A stretch of DNA of 64,000 nucleotides from an uncultured delta proteobacterium (GCA_963767925.1 CAVYGB010000010.1:1120001-1184000); one strand, 5' to 3'; positions 1 through 9,373 are shown, numbered from the stretch's first letter. The notes: a model not told the origin generated them from the sequence alone. A program made the numbers and translations.

Positions 1-529
1 CCCCTGCGCCGCGGACCCGGCTGCGCGACGGCGATCCCCTGATCTACCAGGCGGTGCTGTCCGGGGAGAGCGCAGCGGTCAAGGTCCGGCGGTCGTGCCC
101 CGGCTCTGGGTACTCCTCGCGTTCGAGGTAGTCCGCGCGCACAGCTGCGGCTACGTGGCGCCGCCCGCGAACTAGAAATTCGTGCTGTCGAGCGAGTCAG
201 TTTGCGGCCCCGTCCGTGCGGGCTGGAGGATCTGCGCCTCGCAAATCTAACCGCCGGAGTGCGACCCACCTATCTCGCTAGGAGCGACGTAACCGTCGAG
301 GTGGCCACGACGTGCTCTTCCACGGGGGGATGGCCGCCGGTGCGGTATCGCCGGTCCGGCGTCTGGGCAGAGGAACTCGAGCGACGTTGTCCTGCGAGAC
401 TCAAGGGTCTGCCCCAGGATTCCCCAACTTGCCGGGAGTCAGCACCTATACCATCAGGCCCTTCGCACAGTCGCGAGCCGGCCCCGCAACGTCCTATCCT
501 CCCAACAGAAGAAGGCCCTGAATTCCTCC

Positions 530-551
530 GCTCTAAACAAGCTCTAAACAA
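530..551 (+). promoter_or_regulatory. Tandem 11-bp direct repeat (GCTCTAAACAA x2), possible regulator site upstream of the protease
   Basis: Exact duplication in an AT-richer intergenic region about 140 bp upstream of the S8 gene. Confidence 0.3.
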
Positions 552-689
552 GGACATTAGTCGCCTACACGGAACGGTGCAGTTGGTAATCCGCCGTAAT
601 GTAATTCTCATTCAAGGCGGCTGGCCATCCGATAGGATCGTCCCTCTCCAGCTCTGCGTTCGCTCTTTCAACGCTTGAAGAGGACTCTC

Positions 690-2666
690 ATGCTAACTGG
701 TTACAAGAATCTTGCCGCAATTGTCGGCGCGTCTCTGGCACTGGGCGCTTCCGCCTTTGTTGTTGGAACACTCGCGGCCCCGGCCCGCGCAGACGAAGAC
801 CCCACCGCGGCTGCAGCTCGACTGATTCTTTCCAAGCGGCTTGGAAGGCCGGCAGACAGCATTCCTCTGAGTGAGGGGGCGCCTGTGACGCTTGCGATCA
901 CCGGGAAGATCTTCACGAGGTTCAAGGTTTTGGACGACACCGTCATCGGAGTAGATGTGTCCGCTGACGGTAGCGAGGTCGCCGGAGAGAATCTCATTCA
1001 GCTCGAGTATGGAGCGGATCGAGCGGTGAACGGCAAGCTGTCGCCCTCGCTGAATCAGTATATTCAGACCCCCGATACTCCGGACAAAGAAGTTCTCATC
1101 TGGCTGGCGGTGGACCCTAGCGATGTCGCAACCGTAACGAGACCCTCAATTGTCGACGGCGCGTCCAACAATACACCGCTGTCGCCGGAGCAAGTTGACG
1201 GCATTCATCTAGCGGCTCGTGAGGCTCGTGTCGCCACCACCCAAAAGGTGCGGGGCCGTGCCGAGGTTTCATTGACTGCGCTCGATCCAAACGTAGTCAT
1301 CGATCGAGTGGAACCAGTCGCGTATGCGCGACTGACACCAGATGCCCTGCGAATCGCAAACACTTTGGCGGAAGTCCGTAGCATCTCGGAGGCCATCGTT
1401 CCCAAGGAGGCCCTAGGAGTGGCCCGGGACACGCTGGACATCGTCCCTGAGATACACAGTGGCCTAGGACTGGACGGTACTAACGTCAAAATCGCCCAGA
1501 TTGAGGTCAACGGCCAAGTTTCGCTCCTCAATCCCTACCTTGACAACTGGCTCCAAGGGACCAGTGGCTCGTGCGCAGGAGGGGGGCACGCAACTTGGAT
1601 AGCCGGTGTTCTCATTTCCCACGACGGCACCAAGACGGGAGCCGCCCCTGGCGCCAGGCTCTGGGCGGGCGGTGGCTGCAACAGCACCCCCGCTGTGCTT
1701 CAAGCTCAAACCTCAGCCGCTCGAGACTGGGGCGCAAAGTCCTTCAACCTGAGCTACTCAGGTGCCATCGACGGTATTCTCGCCGGCCATGACAAATTCG
1801 TCGACAGTCTCGGCATCAATCACTATCGCACCGTCGTTGCCGCGGCCGGCAACGAGGCAGGCGTAGGACCGGGCGGGATACCGTGCAGCGGATCGTCGGC
1901 ACGAGTCACAAGTCCCGCGATCGCCTACAATGTCATCGCCGTGGGTGGGATTCAAGATAACAACACGTGGCAATGGGACGACACTATGTACCTTTGCTCG
2001 TCGTACGTAGATCCGATCTCAACCGCGAACGACCGAGAAAAGCCGGAGGTCGCGGCTTCCGCCGTGAATGTCGAAACCACTGACACAAACACATCCACCT
2101 ACTTCACGACGATCTCAGGGACTAGCTTGGCGTCGCCTCTCGTCGCTGGCACAGCGGCCCTTTTGATGCAGCTGAATTCCTCGATGCAAGTGTGGCCAGA
2201 GGTGGTGAAGGCTGCCATCATGGCTAGCGCCCGGGACAACGCAGAGGGAGCCACTCGCTTGAGCGAGAAGGACGGAGCCGGGGGAATATGGTCACTCGGC
2301 GCCATGAAAATCCTAAACGGCACCGAAGGGAACTGGGCGGCCCACAGCATCTCCTGTACCACGACGTTTCCCATGAATCTCCCAATCTTCCTCACTGCAA
2401 ATAGAGTGACGCGAATCGTGATAACCTGGGACTCAGACCCTGACTACGTGGATTATATTTCTCGGCCGGGCGCTGACCTAGACATAGAATTATGGGGTCC
2501 CTCAGGAAACTGGATTGTATCCTCGAGTTCGCACGACAATACTTACGAGATAATCGAAGTAACACCGTCGGCCACGGGCACCCACACAGTACGCGTTACT
2601 AAACCTCGTTGTAATCAGCGGCCCGAAGGCTTGGGTTTCGCCTGGTATCAATATCCGTACCCGTAG
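690..2666 (+). CDS. Secreted S8 (subtilase) serine protease with pro-domain and C-terminal PPC-like domain
   Basis: Signal peptide; HATWIAGV (His), AAGNE (oxyanion Asn), KPEVAA, SGTSLASPLVAG (Ser); Glu in place of the catalytic Asp (VKIAQIEVNG). ATG 690 preferred; TTG 675 possible. Confidence 0.9.
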   Translation: MLTGYKNLAAIVGASLALGASAFVVGTLAAPARADEDPTAAAARLILSKRLGRPADSIPLSEGAPVTLAITGKIFTRFKVLDDTVIGVDVSADGSEVAGENLIQLEYGADRAVNGKLSPSLNQYIQTPDTPDKEVLIWLAVDPSDVATVTRPSIVDGASNNTPLSPEQVDGIHLAAREARVATTQKVRGRAEVSLTALDPNVVIDRVEPVAYARLTPDALRIANTLAEVRSISEAIVPKEALGVARDTLDIVPEIHSGLGLDGTNVKIAQIEVNGQVSLLNPYLDNWLQGTSGSCAGGGHATWIAGVLISHDGTKTGAAPGARLWAGGGCNSTPAVLQAQTSAARDWGAKSFNLSYSGAIDGILAGHDKFVDSLGINHYRTVVAAAGNEAGVGPGGIPCSGSSARVTSPAIAYNVIAVGGIQDNNTWQWDDTMYLCSSYVDPISTANDREKPEVAASAVNVETTDTNTSTYFTTISGTSLASPLVAGTAALLMQLNSSMQVWPEVVKAAIMASARDNAEGATRLSEKDGAGGIWSLGAMKILNGTEGNWAAHSISCTTTFPMNLPIFLTANRVTRIVITWDSDPDYVDYISRPGADLDIELWGPSGNWIVSSSSHDNTYEIIEVTPSATGTHTVRVTKPRCNQRPEGLGFAWYQYPYP

Positions 2667-2738
2667 CGATTACACAGCCTAGAGATTCGGCTGCGCGCCC
2701 GACGCTGGCCCGGTCGCAGTCCACTCCCTTGGTGTCGC

Positions 2739-3434
2739 ATGCCCTTGCGAACGATTGTTGTACTCGTGATTTTGGCTTCCTCAGCCGTCTCGTGCGGTTC
2801 GGAAGGACCTTGCCACGAAGCCTTGGCAACGAGACGCAAGGGGACGCCTCCGCCCCCGTGCCCCTATCCAGGCTGCGAGCAAATCGTCACCGAGCCCCAA
2901 CGCGTCGTCCAATTCATATTCGTCCTCAACAAGGCGACGCAAAATTCGATGGGGTACTTCGATCCGTATCCCCTAGAGAAGAAGGTCCAAAACTGGACCT
3001 GTGTGAGCGACTTCTTGCGGCCAGCGGGCGCTTCAATTTTGCCACGGGACGAGCTGAACGATGTTCACGCCATTGGGTCATATGCTCAGGTAAAGGCTGC
3101 CTACAACTTGGCGTCAGTGACTGGCGTTGAGGTCAACTGCAACTTTGGCACCCTGTGCTCCGAATGCTCTGCCAGGACCGAGGCTGACTGCAACGCGGAT
3201 GGCTTCTGCCGGGAGTTGAGACTTCGACGAGTGGACCTGATGCGTGGGTGCATCGCCGCACCAACGCACGTCATGTGCATACCCCGAGATCGGCCGTGTA
3301 TGCTGGAGGAGACCTACTCGCGCGATCCCGGGGGAAACTGCTGGGCGGCTAGCAACAATTGCATTCCCGGCGAATGGGAATACGACCCATCCTGTCGACC
3401 GGGGACGCAAAGCCCTTCCGCATGTGTACCTTGA
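2739..3434 (+). CDS. Cys-rich putative lipoprotein
   Basis: Hydrophobic signal ending in lipobox-like AVSC; many Cys in the C-terminal half; same atypical composition as the S8 gene. Confidence 0.7.
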   Translation: MPLRTIVVLVILASSAVSCGSEGPCHEALATRRKGTPPPPCPYPGCEQIVTEPQRVVQFIFVLNKATQNSMGYFDPYPLEKKVQNWTCVSDFLRPAGASILPRDELNDVHAIGSYAQVKAAYNLASVTGVEVNCNFGTLCSECSARTEADCNADGFCRELRLRRVDLMRGCIAAPTHVMCIPRDRPCMLEETYSRDPGGNCWAASNNCIPGEWEYDPSCRPGTQSPSACVP

Positions 3435-3662
3435 ACGGCGCGGAAAATGCGCCCGTGCTCTTCGGGTTTCGATCGCCCTTGCCGATCTCGTCGGCGCAGC
3501 AACCCAGGGGCCTCCACAGTCCGTGGGGTCGTACGCACATTCTGTCCCTGATTCGTTTGCTTGAGGACTGAGCGGGGGGCGGGGCGGGGGGGGGCCTGCC
3601 GGTTCATCGACGGGAGGTGGAGCGGTGCTTGCGCGGGGGGGTGGGGCGGGTACGGGTCGGGG

Positions 3663-3939
3663 ATGGGAAGAAGCAGCCGGGTCGAGGCCGCCCGCATCAC
3701 GCACGACGATCCCCGGTTCCCAGACCTGGTGCGGCGGGGGTTCAACAAGCGGTTCGTGCCTCGGCCGGATCACGTGCGGGTAGTGACCGAGCCGGGGCAG
3801 GTGGTGGACGTCGTGCAGGATACCGTGCGGGAGGGGTGGCGGGTGGTGGCTCGTAGTGGGGAGCACTGTCTGGAGGGGTTCGTGGGGAGCCGAGCATCAA
3901 CGTGGTGGCCGACCTGTCCCTGTGACGGGTGTTTCCTAG
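3663..3939 (+). pseudogene. FAD-linked oxidase (berberine-bridge/AknOx-like), N-terminal fragment
   Basis: PRFPDLVRRGFNKRF...VARSGEHCLEGFV resembles the RSGGHC covalent-FAD motif; frameshifted, then interrupted by the IS. Confidence 0.75.
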
Positions 3940-5804
3940 AACGCCGAACGGTTTGAAAGTGCAGTAATCAAGCGGCCTTCTGGAGCGGGACGCAGGCGTC
4001 GAGGCTGCGATCGATCACCTCGAGGTTCTGGACGGCGGCTCCGCGCCTGAGGTCGAAGAGGTTCTTGCGGGTTCCGCAGTATCGGGCGCGATTGCCCTGC
4101 CTACGCCCGAGGTGGGCGAGGCGATGCTCGACGGCGACTCGTTCCCGAAGGCGCTCGCGTCCCTGTGACGTGGAGACCAGCTTGCGCAGCCTATGCTGTA
4201 GGCGTTCGTTGTCGGCGATGCTCACGGTTCGGCCGCTGCCGGGGCCAGCGGTGGTGCACTTGGTGCGCTGGGGGCAGCGGACGCAGGCCTCCGGGTTGAA
4301 TTCGACGTCAGCGCCCAGGTCGATGGGTTCGACCTCACCAGCCGGACAGGTGATGGTCATCGCGCGCAGGTTGATCTTGAAGTCGGCCTTGGTGAACAGA
4401 GAGCCGTTGCGCGGGACCCAGGGTTTACAGATGACCTGGCCGCCGTAGGCCAGGATCTCGGCGACCACCGAGCTGGCGATGTAGCCGCGGTCGATGTACA
4501 GCTCCCAGATGTCGCGGCCCTGGCGTTGGATGTCCGCCTTGAGTACAGGGGCGGCCTCTTCCTCGGGCCGGTTGGCCGGCGTCATGGCGCAGGCGATGAT
4601 CCGATCGGTGTCCAGGTCGGTGGCAATCTGCCGCTTGTAGCCGTTGAACAGCTTGGTCCTGCTCTTGCGACCATGTCGCATGTCCGGATCTTGGATCGAC
4701 ACCCGTCGTTCTGGAGCGACACCCCTGCGAATGCGTGTCCCGCCACCACCGCCTTCCGGGTCAGGTTCTAGGTCTTGGGTCCGAATCTGGATGAGCGTAT
4801 CGACGTGCTCCTTGAGGGGAGGCTTGGTCACGGCTTCAGGCAGCCGCTTTCGAAGCCAAGCGTCGAGGGAGTCGAGTTGCTCGACGAGGGTATTGAGGGC
4901 CCCGGCCTTCGCCTCGGGGTTGCTCCATTCGATATCGAGCCCTCGCTTGACGCTACTGCTGAGCAGGAGGGGCATGCCCACCTCGCGCGCCACCCGTTCG
5001 GCGGACCAACCCAGAAGCTCGGCGGCACACTCGACCACCTTGCGGGCGGCGTGTGCCAGCAGGTTGATGGTGTCCTCGACGCGCCCGGCACCGACGAGGG
5101 GACTGGAGTCGACGGCAACCCGCAGCGTCTTGGGCAGCTTCTTCCAGTCGAATGCGTTCGTGCGGCGGGCCAGTTCCACGGTCCGCTCGAGCAGTCGAAG
5201 GTCGAGGTCGGCTCGAATCAACCGCGCGCGGAAGTCGACCAGGGTACCCTGGGCGAAGGCGGGCTCTTCTTCTCCGAGCCGGTCGAGCACCATCTGCCAC
5301 CGTAGATCCATCACGGTCAGATCGACGGCCTCGGCGTCGGAGATCCCCTGGTAGCTCTGCAAGATGATCACCATCGCCAGCAGAGCGGGTGGTGTCGGGT
5401 CCTTGCCCGCGCCGGTACTTCGGTACATGGATTCGAGCTCGGCCTGGAAGGCTTCGTCGAACAGCTCGTGGCGATGGTCGCGAAGGAAGGCGAACAGCTT
5501 CCGCGTCTTGCGCAGGCGCTTGAGCAGGCGTTCTTCTTGCTTGGTCTGGTCGAGCCGAGGCTTCCAACGATCAAGTGGCATGAGGATCCTCCCGCCGGCG
5601 AGGCTCAAGCCCGCCGTCGGTGCCCATGAAGGCCACGACTGTATCGATCCCGCCAATTTCCCCCCTCTTCCAGACCGGGCCGGCGCAGTCGCCGCCGGGT
5701 GCGGGCCCCGCGGGTTCGTCCCCGTCGCGCCCCCGCCGAAAAGGGGACGCCACGCCGCTCACGCAAATCCGCGATTTTCCGGGGGTGTCAAACCGTTCGG
5801 CGTT
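3940..5804 (-). mobile_element. IS1182-like insertion sequence, 17-bp terminal inverted repeats, flanking CTAG duplication
   Basis: AACGCCGAACGGTTTGA (3940-3956) is the perfect reverse complement of 5788-5804; CTAG at 3936-3939 and 5805-5808; encloses a transposase. Confidence 0.9.
3968..5581 (-). CDS. IS1182-family DDE transposase
   Basis: DUF772-like N-terminus (LQSYQGISDAEAV), VDSS, DPDMRHGRK...GYK, IDRGY, CPAG/CxxCP zinc segment, RVAVEHRLAHL; GGAGG RBS before ATG 5581. Confidence 0.92.
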   Translation of the reverse strand: MPLDRWKPRLDQTKQEERLLKRLRKTRKLFAFLRDHRHELFDEAFQAELESMYRSTGAGKDPTPPALLAMVIILQSYQGISDAEAVDLTVMDLRWQMVLDRLGEEEPAFAQGTLVDFRARLIRADLDLRLLERTVELARRTNAFDWKKLPKTLRVAVDSSPLVGAGRVEDTINLLAHAARKVVECAAELLGWSAERVAREVGMPLLLSSSVKRGLDIEWSNPEAKAGALNTLVEQLDSLDAWLRKRLPEAVTKPPLKEHVDTLIQIRTQDLEPDPEGGGGGTRIRRGVAPERRVSIQDPDMRHGRKSRTKLFNGYKRQIATDLDTDRIIACAMTPANRPEEEAAPVLKADIQRQGRDIWELYIDRGYIASSVVAEILAYGGQVICKPWVPRNGSLFTKADFKINLRAMTITCPAGEVEPIDLGADVEFNPEACVRCPQRTKCTTAGPGSGRTVSIADNERLQHRLRKLVSTSQGRERLRERVAVEHRLAHLGRRQGNRARYCGTRKNLFDLRRGAAVQNLEVIDRSLDACVPLQKAA

Positions 5805-5808
5805 CTAG

Positions 5809-6310
5809 GATGCCAACCGGGGCGCCTTCGAGATCGCTGCCGGGATCACGCTGGGCGAGGCACCCGGTCGAGCGAGCGGGGCAGGGCAGCCGCCGGGGCC
5901 CCACCGCCGGCGCCCGGGGTACGAAAGCAGTAGCGGGTGACGATGCCGAAGTTCCCCGCGCCGCCGCCGGTGTGGGCCAAGAACGGATCGGCGTTGGGAT
6001 CGCCGGGCTCCCGGCTGGCCACCACCGCCCGGGCCGTGCCGCCGTCGTCAACAACCACCACCTCGAGGGCGTGCAGGTGATCCACCGCGAGCCCATGCAG
6101 CCGGCAGAGGAACCCGAAGGGCCCCGCCCGGGATGTGCCGCCGATGCCCACGTCCGGGCTCTGCCCCGCCGGCAGCGCCACCCCCCACCCGAACTGCAGG
6201 CGCCGATACCGCCCCCCGGCCAGGATCTGCGCACCAAGGTGAAAGACGCCTGCTTGCGGCGCGGGCTCGGCGAGGATCAGCTCGCCACGGTGGTGCGCTG
6301 GTTGAAATGG
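5809..6310. pseudogene. FAD-linked oxidase remnants on both strands (rearranged)
   Basis: + strand DANRGAFEIAAGITLGEA; - strand YRRLQFGWGVALPAG...HTGGGAGNFGIVTRY; + strand RTKVKDACLRR. Confidence 0.7.
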
Positions 6311-7620
6311 TCGCGGAGGGTGGTGCCGGTGTAGTCCTTGCGGAAGACGCCGCGGTGCTGGAGGACGGGGACGACCAGATCGACGATCTCGGCGAAGGAG
6401 CCGGGGGTGTAGGTCGGGGTGATGTTGAAGCCATCGATCTGGGATTCTTCGGCCAGGGCGATGAGCTGGTCGGCGACCTGCTCGGGGTCGCCGACTATCT
6501 GGGGCTGGGCGACGCTGCGGCCATAGAGGGCGGCTGCTGTGCGGAGGGTGACCTTCTCGTGGTGCATCTTGGTGAAGACCTCGAACAGGCCCTGGATGCC
6601 GGGCAGGTCCTGGATGTCTTCCACGTAGGTGTCCAGGTCCCGTTTGGAGAAGTCGTAGCCGGTGTGGCCGGAGAGCAGGGCCAGGCTGCCCTCGACCGAG
6701 ACCAGCTCGTTGATCTCCTGCTGCTTCTCCCGGGCGCTGCGCTCGTTTTCGCCGACGATGATCTGGATGCCGGCGATGACCTTCGGCAAGGTGGCGCGGC
6801 CGGCCTGGCTGGCGCGCTCCCGGATGTCCTTGGCGTAAGACGCCAGGGCCCGGCCGGTGAGCTGGATGGTGAAGGCGGCCTCCGCCCACTTGGCGCAGAA
6901 GTCCCGGCCCGGGCCCGAGGCCCCGGCCTGGATCAACACGGGGTGCCCTTGCGGCGAGGGGGCGACGGGGGAGAAGCCCGGGCAGCTGAAGTATTTGCCC
7001 CGGTGGTTGATCTCGTGGATTTTCCGGGGGTCGATGAAGACGTCGCCGGCCCGGTCCATGACCACCGCGTCGCTGTCCCAGCTCTTCCAGAGCTTGAAGC
7101 AGACCTCCAGGAACTCGTCGGCCCGGGCGTACCGTTCGTCGTGGGCCGTCATCTTCTCGAGGCCCATGTTGAGGGCCTCGTCCTTGTGGAACGAGGTCAC
7201 GATGTTCCAGCCGATCCGGCCCTTCGTCAGGTGGTCGAGGGTGGAGAGCTTTCGCACCGCCATGTAGGGGGCGTAGTAGCTGACCGAAAGCGTGCTGAGG
7301 AAGCCGAGCCGGCTGGTGCTGGCGGCCATCATCGGGATGAGGAGCAAGGGGTCGTGCACCGGGAACTGCACCGCGTGGCGGACGGTGGCGTCGCGGCTGC
7401 CCTGAAACGTGCCGTAGGCCGCGAGCTGGTCGGCGAAGAAGACGCCGTCGAACTTCCCCCGCTCGAGGGTGCGGGCCGCCTCTTGCCACATCTCGGGCTG
7501 GGCGAAGCTGAACCCGGCGGCGTTGTTGCGCGGGTGTCGCCAGGAGCCGACCGTGTGGTTCATGGGGCTGTGGATCACGAACCCGAAGAGGTGCAGGTGC
7601 TTCTTGTAACTGGCGCTCAT
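6277..7620 (-). CDS. LLM-class flavin-dependent monooxygenase (NtaA/SnaA/DmoA family)
   Basis: ERGKFDGVFFAD, TLDHLTKGRIGWNIVTS, HDERYARADEF, SPQGHPVLIQAGAS, VPVLQHRGVFR; true start ATG 7620, not the ORF-track start at 8778. Confidence 0.93.
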   Translation of the reverse strand: MSASYKKHLHLFGFVIHSPMNHTVGSWRHPRNNAAGFSFAQPEMWQEAARTLERGKFDGVFFADQLAAYGTFQGSRDATVRHAVQFPVHDPLLLIPMMAASTSRLGFLSTLSVSYYAPYMAVRKLSTLDHLTKGRIGWNIVTSFHKDEALNMGLEKMTAHDERYARADEFLEVCFKLWKSWDSDAVVMDRAGDVFIDPRKIHEINHRGKYFSCPGFSPVAPSPQGHPVLIQAGASGPGRDFCAKWAEAAFTIQLTGRALASYAKDIRERASQAGRATLPKVIAGIQIIVGENERSAREKQQEINELVSVEGSLALLSGHTGYDFSKRDLDTYVEDIQDLPGIQGLFEVFTKMHHEKVTLRTAAALYGRSVAQPQIVGDPEQVADQLIALAEESQIDGFNITPTYTPGSFAEIVDLVVPVLQHRGVFRKDYTGTTLRDHFNQRTTVAS

Positions 7621-7636
7621 CTTGGCGCGGCGATTC

Positions 7637-7652
7637 AGCAGGAAGTATGCCT
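7637..7652 (-). promoter_or_regulatory. Putative sigma54 -24/-12 promoter for the LLM monooxygenase
   Basis: Minus strand AGGCATACTTCCTGCT: GG-N10-GC spacing. Confidence 0.45.
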
Positions 7653-7826
7653 GGCCTGGCGGGAAGGCCTCTCGCGGTGCGCTCCTGGAACGACCCGTCC
7701 GGGCGATGGCTGCTCCACACGCAGGATTGCCTCTGCGCTGCTCCGCCAGCAGCAGCTCCGGCGTCGACCGGCCCGAACGAACCCCGTTGCGCGGGACGTG
7801 CGCGCCGCCCGGCGCCTCGAAGGGTG

Positions 7827-7842
7827 TGGCACGGAGGCTGCT
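7827..7842 (+). promoter_or_regulatory. Putative sigma54 -24/-12 promoter
   Basis: TGGCACGGAGGCTGCT matches TGGCACG-N4-TTGCW closely, upstream of an AGGAG RBS and ATG 7879. Confidence 0.65.
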
Positions 7843-7878
7843 TGGGCCGGGTAACCCAGATCGAGGAGGAGCTCCCGC

Positions 7879-9143
7879 ATGACCACGTCGGCCGCGATTG
7901 AACCTGTTTCCAGTGCCTCCAACGGCAAGGCCCGCAACGGCGCCAGCCCCGGCGCCCTGCGCCTCGACTCGCCCGAGCTGAAGGCGCTGCTCGACGAGAT
8001 CGCGGCCGGCGCTTCGGAGCGCGAGGCCAAGCGCATCGCGCCCCACCCGCAGATCCGGCAGATCGCCGAGGCGGGCCTCGGGCGGCTCCGGGTTCCGGTC
8101 GCCGAGGGGGGCGCCGGCGTCTCCCTCCGGGCGCTGTTCCAGTTCCTGATCCAGCTCGCCGAGGCGGACTCCAACGTCGCGCACATCTTGCGCGTCCACT
8201 ACTGGTTCGTGGAGGCGCAGCTCCAGCGGCCCGCCACCGACCCGCGACGCGCCCGGAACCTCGCCCTGGTCAACCAGGGCCACATCTTCGGCAACGCCTT
8301 CAGCGAGCAGAGCCAGCGCCCCGTCGGGCTGTACTTCGACACGACCCTCACGCCCGACGCCTCCGGCAAGGGCCACCGCCTGAACGGGAAGAAGTACTAC
8401 TCGACCGGCAGCCTGTTCTCGACCTACACGGCGGTCTTCGCGACGCCCCCCCGCAAGACCATCGCGGCCGCCCTCGTCCCCATCGACCGCGAGGGCCTCA
8501 AGCTCGAGGACGACTGGGATGGCTTCGGCCAGCGGCTCACGGGGACCGGGTCGACCATCCTGGACAACGTGTTCGTGGCCGAGGACGAGGTCGAGGACTT
8601 CGGCAATCCCGACGATCCCCAGCCGCCCACCTATCAATACGCCTTCCTCCAGCTCTTCTTGCAGGCGGTCGCCGCCGGCATCGTGCGCGCGGTGAGGAAC
8701 GACGCGGTGGCGCTGGTGCGGCGGCGCAAGCGCAACTTCAGCCAGGCCCAGGCCCAGGCGCCGGCGGCCGATCCGCAACTGTTGCAGGTGGTGGGCGAGA
8801 TCGCGGCCGACGCGTTCGCGGCGGAGGCCATCGTGCTCGCGGCGACGTGATCGGCGAGGCCGCCGCGTCGGTGAAAGATGGGCTACCCGACCGGGCGGCC
8901 GCCGAGCGGGCGCAGATCGCCTCGGCCCAGGCCAAGGTGGCCGTCGACCGCTTCGCCCACGAGACGGCGAGCCGGCTGTTCGACGCGGGCGGCGCCTCGG
9001 CGACCCAGGCGGTCTACAATCTGGATCGGCACTGGCGGAATTTGAGGACGGCGTCGACGCATAATCCCGTCTTCGCGAAGGCGACGGCGGTGGGGGATTT
9101 CTTCGTGAATGGGAAGGCGCCGCCCAGCAACGGGTACTTCTAG
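7879..9143 (+). pseudogene. Acyl-CoA dehydrogenase-fold monooxygenase (DszC/SfnB/MsuC-like), frameshifted near 8843
   Basis: LAEADSNVAHILRVH, KYYSTGSLF, DDWDGFGQRLTGTG in ORF 7879-8850; LDRHWRNLRTASTHNP in ORF 8847-9143; one added base rejoins them (may be a sequencing error). Confidence 0.85.
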
Positions 9144-9174
9144 GGCGCGGGTTCGCGGGGGGGAGGGGCGGATC

Positions 9175-9222
9175 GGGAACGGGGACGGGGACGCATACGG
9201 GGACGGGGACGGGGAGGGGACG
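9175..9222 (+). repeat. Short (GGGGAC)n hexamer tandem repeat
   Basis: About 7-8 imperfect GGGGAC units in the intergenic region. Confidence 0.6.
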
Positions 9223-9373
9223 GATCGGAGGACGGTCAGGGGCTTCCCGGGAGGGGGTGGCGGGCGCGCCCCCGCGGGGGCTGGTACGGCTGTCGTTGGC
9301 CTGCTGGCGGGGGTCGGCTATTCTCGGCCTCCTTCTGGCTCCTTGCGCGAACTGTTCCTCGGAGGCACCTCAC

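Noticed and set aside
1..680. Short ORFs at 202-678, 270-611 and 312-521
   Set aside because: No motifs, RBS or coding-like bias; treated as intergenic or decayed sequence
7621..8778. N-terminal 386 aa of the 833-aa LLM ORF
   Set aside because: Antisense to the DszC-like gene and the intergenic spacer; family homology starts at Met 7620
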